Below are positions 57,904 through 64,000 of a stretch of 64,000 nucleotides of DNA, piece after piece. Numbering within the stretch: position 1 is the first letter of the stretch; each line of letters starts with the position of its first letter. The notes beneath the pieces were generated by a model. That model was not told where the DNA came from. It saw only the letters and a program-made list of their open reading frames with translations, and made no database searches. Position numbers and translations under genes: made by a program. Origin of the DNA: an uncultured Actinomycetes bacterium (lineage in GTDB: Bacteria > Actinomycetota > Thermoleophilia > Gaiellales > JAICJC01); contig CAVSFZ010000009.1 of the NCBI GenBank assembly GCA_963727235.1, forward strand, positions 179,328 to 243,327, read 5' to 3'.

Positions 57904-58452
57904 GTGCTGAGAGCTCTTCTTCTGATCGTGCCATTGGGATTGGACACGTTCGCCGTGGCTGCTGCGATCGGGATGGCCGGCCTGCCGCACCGCGATCGGC
58001 TGCGCGTGAGCTTGATCTTCGCGGGTTTCGAGATGGTCATGCCCGTCATCGGGTTTGTGATCGGCAAAGCGCTCGGCAGCGCCGTCGGCCACGTCGCTGA
58101 CTACCTCGCGATCGCCGTACTGATTGCAGTCGGCGCATCGATGCTGCGCTCGGGCGATGACGATGAGTCCCAGGCTGTCGAGACCGCGGCTCGGGTTCAT
58201 GGCATGGCTGTGATCGGGCTTGGCCTGAGCATCAGCATGGACGAACTCGCAATCGGCTTCACCCTCGGCCTACTGGGCCTACCGATCGTGGCGGTGATCA
58301 TCTTGATTGGCTTGCAAGCGTTCATCGCCGCCCAACTCGGACACCGCCTCGGCGCACGGCTTGGTGAGCACGTGGTCGAGAACGCAGAGCGGCTCGCGGG
58401 CATCGTGCTGGTCGCACTCGGCCTGGGACTCTTGGTGCAGCAGGCCGCCTAG
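57904..58452 (+). CDS. mntP: MntP-family manganese efflux pump
   Basis: LGLDTFAVA, FEMVMPVIG, SISMDELAIG, AERLAGIVL. Confidence 0.8.
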   Translation: MLRALLLIVPLGLDTFAVAAAIGMAGLPHRDRLRVSLIFAGFEMVMPVIGFVIGKALGSAVGHVADYLAIAVLIAVGASMLRSGDDDESQAVETAARVHGMAVIGLGLSISMDELAIGFTLGLLGLPIVAVIILIGLQAFIAAQLGHRLGARLGEHVVENAERLAGIVLVALGLGLLVQQAA

Positions 58453-58828
58453 CTTGGTGTGAGTACATTCGGCGCGAGCGCGTGTGGCCGTCGTCGTGTA
58501 CGGCTAGGTAACAGGTGACGCTCGGCGCCAGGCACCGCGCTTGTCTTCTTCGGCCCAAGGCGTCCGATCGTGGTGGCTTGGCATGGTTCGCCCGGAATCG
58601 CTGAGACGACCGCCCTGGACTGGCTCGCCTCGGCGGCCTGCTCCAGAGTGGCCGGAACCTTTTAGACTTGAGTCGATGGAGCACGACCGTGTCTCTGGTG
58701 CGCTCAGCGTTGCTCGTCACCCAATGCATCGAGAGTTCCATCGGGCAGCCGCGATCCCAACGGATCGAAGGAACGCTCGTGGGGATCGAAACCGGTAGTG
58801 TCGCGAGTGGTTGTGAGAGGCTGTTCGG

Positions 58829-58935
58829 GTGGCCTACGACGAGATCTTGGCTGAGCGGGTACGTGAGATCCTGCTTGGGCACCCAGGGTTGCGGGAACAG
58901 TAGATGTTCGGCGGCCTGGCGTTCATGGTTGGCCG
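58829..58935 (+). pseudogene. TfoX/Sxy N-terminal domain remnant
   Basis: MAYDEILAERVREIL…LREQ*MFGGLAFMVG with in-frame TAG at 58901; similarity ends shortly after. Confidence 0.75.
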
Positions 58936-59025
58936 CACAACCTCGTACCCGGACGTGCGACCGTTGGCGCGCCGTACCGGCTTCGCGGCCGGTAAGGAGC
59001 TAGGCAGCGGTTCCCGCGACGCCGG

Positions 59026-59859
59026 CTACGAACCCATCTGCCCCATCCCTGGCATGGTGTTGGTCGCGGGGATCGTGAGGCCGGGTATCGCGTCTGGCGC
59101 AACGAGCAAGAGCACGCCGAGCCCCAGGAGAATCGCGGCTGTCGCGTAGGTCGCGGCGCGGGGCCAAGGAAGTGTCTTTTCGACGGCGATCAGCGCGGCG
59201 ATGAAGGCCATCCAGAGAATGCTCATGATCCCCAGCGCAAAGAGCGACACCATCAGCGCCCAGCAACACCCGACACACCAAGCCCCGTTCTTCGCCCCCA
59301 TCCGCAGTGCGCCTGAGCGACCGCCGCGCCAAGAACCGAGCAGGAACCCAAGCGGGCTTCGGCACTTACCGAGACAAGCATCCTTGAGAGGCGTCAACTC
59401 GTAGACGGCTGCGACGATAAGCGCTCCGCCCGCTACCCAGCGGCCAGCCCGATCCCAGGACAGCACGCCTCCCGCGAGCCGGTCCCCGATGACAGCAAGC
59501 GCGAACGCGAGCAGTCCGACACTCGCCCACGTGAGGAAGTACCCCGCTGCAAACAGGAACGGTAGGAGCCGTCCGCCCTGCTTGGTCATGACGGAATACA
59601 GGGCGACGGTGGGGGCGAGCGAGGGGAGCATCATCGCGGCCATCATGACCACCCACACGCCGACGAACCACCCAAGCGTTCCAAGCCCTGTCCAGGGCCC
59701 GTTGTCCATCCCCTGCATCTGGTTGGCGGTCCACCACCAACACGCACCGGCCACCACCAAAAGCAGCGCCACGAGCCCCAGCCGAGCGCGAACCGCCGCA
59801 AACGCGGGAGCCAGACCTGCGCCGCCCGAGACCTGCGGTGGCGCCGCCGGGGCGATCAT
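59026..59859 (-). CDS. DUF2182 predicted metal-binding integral membrane protein
   Basis: WVVMMAAMMLPS, YELTPLKDACLGKCRSP, CVGCCWALM, LIAVEK. Confidence 0.88.
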   Translation of the reverse strand: MIAPAAPPQVSGGAGLAPAFAAVRARLGLVALLLVVAGACWWWTANQMQGMDNGPWTGLGTLGWFVGVWVVMMAAMMLPSLAPTVALYSVMTKQGGRLLPFLFAAGYFLTWASVGLLAFALAVIGDRLAGGVLSWDRAGRWVAGGALIVAAVYELTPLKDACLGKCRSPLGFLLGSWRGGRSGALRMGAKNGAWCVGCCWALMVSLFALGIMSILWMAFIAALIAVEKTLPWPRAATYATAAILLGLGVLLLVAPDAIPGLTIPATNTMPGMGQMGS

Positions 59860-59863
59860 CCCT

Positions 59864-60466
59864 TCAAGCTGCCCAAGAGAACTCGGACGTAGAGACGCCG
59901 GTCTTGCCCTCGTAGGCGATGCCGAAGGCGTTGATTTGTGAGCGCGTCGCCTCAGCCATCGTCAGGTCTGACGCCACTGGGTGGAACATGCCGCTAAACC
60001 GCACTGGCTCGCCGGTCTCAACCCCGAAGGGCACGATGTCCTTGATCTCGAAGTCGATCGCGTTGCCAACGCGAACGGTGTGATTGAGTCCGTCATCGTT
60101 GATCTCGATTGCCGCTCGCTCGACACCGAGCATCTCCCCAACCAACGGAGCGATCCCCGCCATCGGCCCACCCAACTGCCCCCCGAACACGCCCACCAGC
60201 TTCTCCACCTGCTCATCCGTCGCATGCTCATCGACAAACACGCCAAGCCGCCAGTTGCCGTCGGTCATGACCTTCGGCGTATCAATAATCGCGACAACCT
60301 TAAGCCCGCTCACATCCGTACCGTCGATATTCCCATCGCGAATACTGAACGCAAGCGTCGCGCGACAAAAATCGTACGTCGCTCCGTGGTCAAACGAGAG
60401 ATTGCACGGGCACATCAACTCGCACGAACACGTCTCCGCGTAACTCCCCTTCAGGCTCCAAGACAT
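59864..60466 (-). CDS. DUF1326 family protein
   Basis: WSLKGSYAETCSCELMCPC, MTDGNW, VFGGQLGGP; RBS AGGAGG. Confidence 0.88.
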   Translation of the reverse strand: MSWSLKGSYAETCSCELMCPCNLSFDHGATYDFCRATLAFSIRDGNIDGTDVSGLKVVAIIDTPKVMTDGNWRLGVFVDEHATDEQVEKLVGVFGGQLGGPMAGIAPLVGEMLGVERAAIEINDDGLNHTVRVGNAIDFEIKDIVPFGVETGEPVRFSGMFHPVASDLTMAEATRSQINAFGIAYEGKTGVSTSEFSWAA

Positions 60467-60969
60467 CCGCCGCTCCTCCTTCTTGGGCGAACGACCAGCC
60501 TATCCCGCCAAGCGCAACACGTCAACCAAGCCAAAGCAGCGTCGGAGTTTCGCGGACGGGTGCCAATGTAGCCCGCCCTCCTCAGCGTGATGTAAGTACC
60601 AATTCATCTGCCGTGATTTTCACTCACAGTCTTCCAGCGGGCAACTGCGGAGGGCTTGGCCTGGCGCTGCCGAGTGTTCGCTCTGTGGTGCCTGACTCTG
60701 CCTCACGGAGTCCTCGCATGAACCCGTGGCCCGGCTTGTGTTTCCAGGACTGGTTTGGGCCACTTAGTCCATGTTGCCGACGCTGCCGCTCATCTCGGCC
60801 TCAGTGAAGGCACTCATCAGATCGTCAGCGAGGTCGTCATCGTTGTTGGAGCAGGATCGTCGGTCACCCCCGACCGATACGCCCGCACCCCAGCGGTGCA
60901 GTTCAGGACTGGCGCGCTGACATGCGCCGGCCGTCGGTTAGGCTCCTGAATCGAGTCCGGCTACGGAGG

Positions 60970-61620
60970 ATGGCTGTGATCGACAACTCCGCGAGTGTGA
61001 TGCAATGGCGGATCCGGGGGACGTACTTGGAGGTCTGCAATTGCGACCCGATCTGTCCGTGTCGACGCATCGACGGAGTCACGGGCGGCCGATCGACTTA
61101 CGGCTACTGCACCGGCGTGCTGTCATGGCAGATCACCGACGGCGCCATTCGTGGCCTCGAACTTGCATCGCTTCGTGCCGTGCTCGTGAGTTGGTATAAC
61201 GATGATGAGCCCGGATCGCCATGGTCGTGGGTACTACACGTCGACGAACGTGGCGATGAGTTGCAGCGAGCCGCTCTCGCTGACGTGTTCGCTGGTCGTC
61301 TCGGAGGCACGCCGATGAGCCAGTTTCCGTGGGCGTTCAAGCCCAGCAACTTGCTGGCGATCATCCCCAGCCGGATCGAGATCGACCACACTCCCGGACG
61401 CGGCTGGTTGAAGGTCGGATCGGCTGTTTCGGTACGAATTGCCGGGCCATTCGAGACACAGAGCCCGGTGTCGTGCATCATCCCCGGCCACGACCGCCAA
61501 GGCCGGGAAGTCGTCGCCGAGCGCCTCGAGGTCGAAGACGAGTACTTCCAGTTCACCCACACCGGACGTTGCGGCTACGAAGCAACCTTCGACTACTCAG
61601 CCGGGTCCCAAGCCACCTAG
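60970..61620 (+). CDS. DUF1326 family protein (second paralog)
   Basis: WRIRGTYLEVCNCDPICPC, YCTG, VDERGD..QRAAL..VFAGRLGG. Confidence 0.85.
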   Translation: MAVIDNSASVMQWRIRGTYLEVCNCDPICPCRRIDGVTGGRSTYGYCTGVLSWQITDGAIRGLELASLRAVLVSWYNDDEPGSPWSWVLHVDERGDELQRAALADVFAGRLGGTPMSQFPWAFKPSNLLAIIPSRIEIDHTPGRGWLKVGSAVSVRIAGPFETQSPVSCIIPGHDRQGREVVAERLEVEDEYFQFTHTGRCGYEATFDYSAGSQAT

Positions 61621-61979
61621 TCCTTTCTCTCGTTACGTTTCGGCCTCGGCGCCGCGTGGAGTCCGGGCAGCAGCGAGGAAATAAACGGCGCCAAGGCTGC
61701 GGCGACGCCCCGATCACTACGACGCCTTGCCGAGAACCTCCGCCGGCATCTCGAGAGCGCTGTTTGTCGGGTGGTGGATGACCTGGTACTTGTCGGCAGC
61801 CCTAGTTAGCTGACCGTCCTTACTGGACCGTCGTTGGGGTTTTTGAACGCAGACACTAACGGCAGCCCAAAAGACACCACGAGACCGGCGATGAACGCGC
61901 ATAGTTGCCAAGCTAAGCCACGCGTTGCCGAGGCAACCTGGTGGCACTGCGCGGCGATAAGCCTCGTAGAGTGCGTGCG

Positions 61980-62885
61980 ATGGCCCCGTTGTCGGAGTGG
62001 AGCCCAGAGCACGTCGTTGATGCCGAGCTTGCGCATGGTCTGATCTCTGACCAGTTTCCCGGGGCGCTCGGCGAGCTGCACCTGCTGGGCGAAGGATGGG
62101 ACAGCACGGTGTGGCGGTCGGGGCCGACGTGGGTGTTTCGGTTTCCCCGCCGGGAGGTCAGTCTGGCGGGGTTCGAACGCGAACGCACTGCGCTGCCGCG
62201 ACTTGCCGAACGCCTGCCCACGGCGATTCCGGTGGCCGAGCTTCGGGGTGTTCCTGACAGGGGATTTCCGTGGCAGTGGCTGGGATCGCGCTGGATTCCC
62301 GGTCACGAGTTACACGAGACCGACGCCGACAAGCGCGAGCGCACCGCGTTGGCCGCCGAGCTGGGGCGCTTCCTACGAGCGCTCCACGACGTCGACACGG
62401 CGGAGTTTGCCGATCTCCCCGTCGACGTCGTCTCGCGCTCAGACATGCGTGTGCGTGTGCCACGCATGCGCGCACGGATGGACGAGCTCGAACAGCTCGG
62501 GATCTGGGCGGCACCAGCGAGCGTATCCGCACTTGCCGAACACGCCCTCGCACTCGACCCGCCCACCCCCCGCTGCGTGGTGCACGGAGACCTGCACGTG
62601 CGCCAGACGCTGGTGCGTGGCGGCGAGCTGACCGGCGTGATCGACTGGATCGACATCTGCCGCTCTGACCCAGCGATCGATCTGGTACAGATGTGGACGC
62701 TCGGCGATCGGCAGGTGCGCCGCGCGTTCACCGAGGCCTACGGCGAGGTTGACCGCGCGGCGGAGATCCGCTCACGCGTGCTGGCGCTCGACCTGTCCGG
62801 CATCCTCGCCATCTACGGCCGCCACCAGCGGATGCCGCGGCTGGAGGCCGAGGCGCTCGCGGGACTCGACCGAAGCTGCACCTGA
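61980..62885 (+). CDS. aminoglycoside phosphotransferase family protein
   Basis: GEGWDS, WVFRFPRR, HGDLHVRQ, GVIDWID, DPAIDL. Confidence 0.88.
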   Translation: MAPLSEWSPEHVVDAELAHGLISDQFPGALGELHLLGEGWDSTVWRSGPTWVFRFPRREVSLAGFERERTALPRLAERLPTAIPVAELRGVPDRGFPWQWLGSRWIPGHELHETDADKRERTALAAELGRFLRALHDVDTAEFADLPVDVVSRSDMRVRVPRMRARMDELEQLGIWAAPASVSALAEHALALDPPTPRCVVHGDLHVRQTLVRGGELTGVIDWIDICRSDPAIDLVQMWTLGDRQVRRAFTEAYGEVDRAAEIRSRVLALDLSGILAIYGRHQRMPRLEAEALAGLDRSCT

Positions 62886-62900
62886 TGTGCTCGGTCCGGC

Positions 62901-63045
62901 TCAGGCGCGATCGAGGTACCGGCGCACCGCGTCAAACCCCGGGCCAGGGTCGTGCCTGCCCACACCGATCCTGAACCGATCGGCGGGCATCAGCCCAAGC
63001 TCTGATGTGAAGATGCTGGGCGGCAGCAACAGCACCCCTTCATGC
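62901..63045 (-). pseudogene. C-terminal remnant of a class I/II PLP aminotransferase
   Basis: EGVLLLPPSIF.SEL…DRFRIGVGR…RRYL* resembles the aminotransferase I/II C-terminus; upstream part absent. Confidence 0.55.
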
Positions 63046-63235
63046 TTCCAACCGGACGGACGGCCGCTAGGGGGATCCGTGGGATGGGCGTCCTCGGCGC
63101 TCCCGGGTGCCTGGCCTCGCCGGTGCCACCGGTCTGAACGCTGTCCGAGGAGGACACCTAGGAGTTCCGTCTTCGAAATCTCGAGCGTTGGCCAATAAAC
63201 CGTGGGGTGATGAGTCCCGGCGCGACGTATCTGCC

Positions 63236-63258
63236 GGGTTCGACTCCCACCTTCGGCA
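63236..63258 (+). mobile_element. 3' end of a tRNA (probably Leu); second att-like remnant
   Basis: GGG-TTCGACT-CCCAC-CTTCGGC-A gives T loop, T stem 3' strand, acceptor strand and discriminator; no upstream tRNA body. Confidence 0.6.
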
Positions 63259-63365
63259 TGCAGGCGACCATGACAGCGCACGCCAATCCCTGACACGGAG
63301 CGCCAAACCCGCATGGTTGCGACCCTCGATCGTTGGGACTCGCGTGCAGGGGTTTTCCACGGCTT

Positions 63366-63384
63366 GCACCTAATGCGCACCTAA
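63366..63384. repeat. direct repeat GCACCTAA x2 with 11-bp period, candidate arm-type sites
   Basis: TTGCACCTAATGCGCACCTAACG, about 110 bp from the tRNA fragment. Confidence 0.45.
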
Positions 63385-63763
63385 CGCTCCCAGACGCGAT
63401 CTCCCGCCATCTGGCGCCGTACCCCCGGGGTTGGACCCTCGGCGACCCAACGTGCCCCGCGTTGCCGCTCTGCACCCCCACTCGTCCACTCCAGCTTGTC
63501 GACCCGTACCCACATGGTTCTCCGCATCGATCGGCGCTGGATCGGGTGCTTCTGGTGCCGTAGTGGTACCACCAGACCACGATCCGGCTGGCATGGGAGT
63601 CGGGCGTGCGTGCCCGTTCGGGCTTGGTGGGCTTGGGTGGTGGTGTGGTGCTCTCGGTAACCGACGGCCTTGGCTGGCGTGCGAGTCGAGGGTACACATC
63701 CTCGTGGGTTATAGGCGTGGCTCGAATCCGGACAGATTGTGTTTGCACGAACTCGGACAGAGT

Positions 63764-63777
63764 CGAACCGCTGTTCG
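63764..63777. promoter_or_regulatory. candidate LexA (SOS/Cheo) box
   Basis: CGAAC-CGCT-GTTCG matches the Gram-positive/actinobacterial CGAAC-N4-GTTCG pattern. Confidence 0.45.
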
Positions 63778-64000
63778 GCTGAACGACTCCATTCGCTCTT
63801 CACCACGGCAAACGCTGGCACGGAGTCTTGGTCGGAGTCCGCACGCACGCGTCCGAGCGCGTCATCCCGGCAGGACGTTGACGGCGCGTGCGATCACCAG
63901 CCCGACGAGCGCCAGCGACACCAGTGATTGCACGAGCATGGGGGCCTTTGCTCTGGCTGTGAGTGGCATGACGTCGGTGGGACTGAATGCGATCGCGTTG

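Noticed and set aside
60790-60830. Minus-strand CTGATGAG…stem…CGAGA hammerhead candidate
   Set aside because: GAAA is replaced by GAGA, and no convincing stems I/III were found.
61980-62885. Aminoglycoside resistance gene
   Set aside because: APH-fold kinase of a broad uncharacterised family; substrate cannot be inferred from motifs.
63205-63250. Hammerhead-like TGATGAG followed by a hairpin
   Set aside because: Lacks the leading C and the GAAA core after stem II; better explained as a hairpin abutting the tRNA fragment.
1-64000. CRISPR array, transposase, integrase or prophage genes
   Set aside because: No regularly spaced repeat array and no recognisable recombinase or phage ORF were seen by eye.

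Overview
High-GC actinobacterial DNA; a Thermoleophilia/Gaiella-like host is plausible from gene content but is inference only. Five blocks are visible. (1) 1-14.8 kb: a complete aminoacetone/aminopropanol-type (RMM/AAU) bacterial microcompartment operon with class III aminotransferase, aldehyde dehydrogenase, BMC-T x2, BMC-H, BMC-P, kinase, SDR and GntR. It sits beside a frameshifted APC permease and is flanked by a divergent FAD amine oxidase and a GlpK/GlpD-like pair. (2) 17-36.8 kb: a hypoxia/dormancy-type cluster (PRT-hydrolase, erythromycin esterase, CBS, three USPs, P-type ATPase, PfkB, flavodoxin) ending in narK-narGHJI. (3) 36.9-52.5 kb: ABC exporter, two-component system, MMPL, phosphoesterase, oxidoreductases and a large LuxR ATPase regulator. 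(4) 52.7-56.3 kb: FadR regulator with a gamma-glutamyl-ligase-like GS, a P450 and a ferredoxin, a likely amine catabolism module. (5) 56.4-64 kb: an accessory region bounded by tRNA 3' fragments (att-like sites with tandem 11-bp-period repeats), carrying CDF/MntP metal exporters, a DUF2182/DUF1326/DUF1326 trio and several gene remnants. No CRISPR array, rRNA, intact tRNA or integrase was seen. Family assignments are from motif recognition, not database searches.
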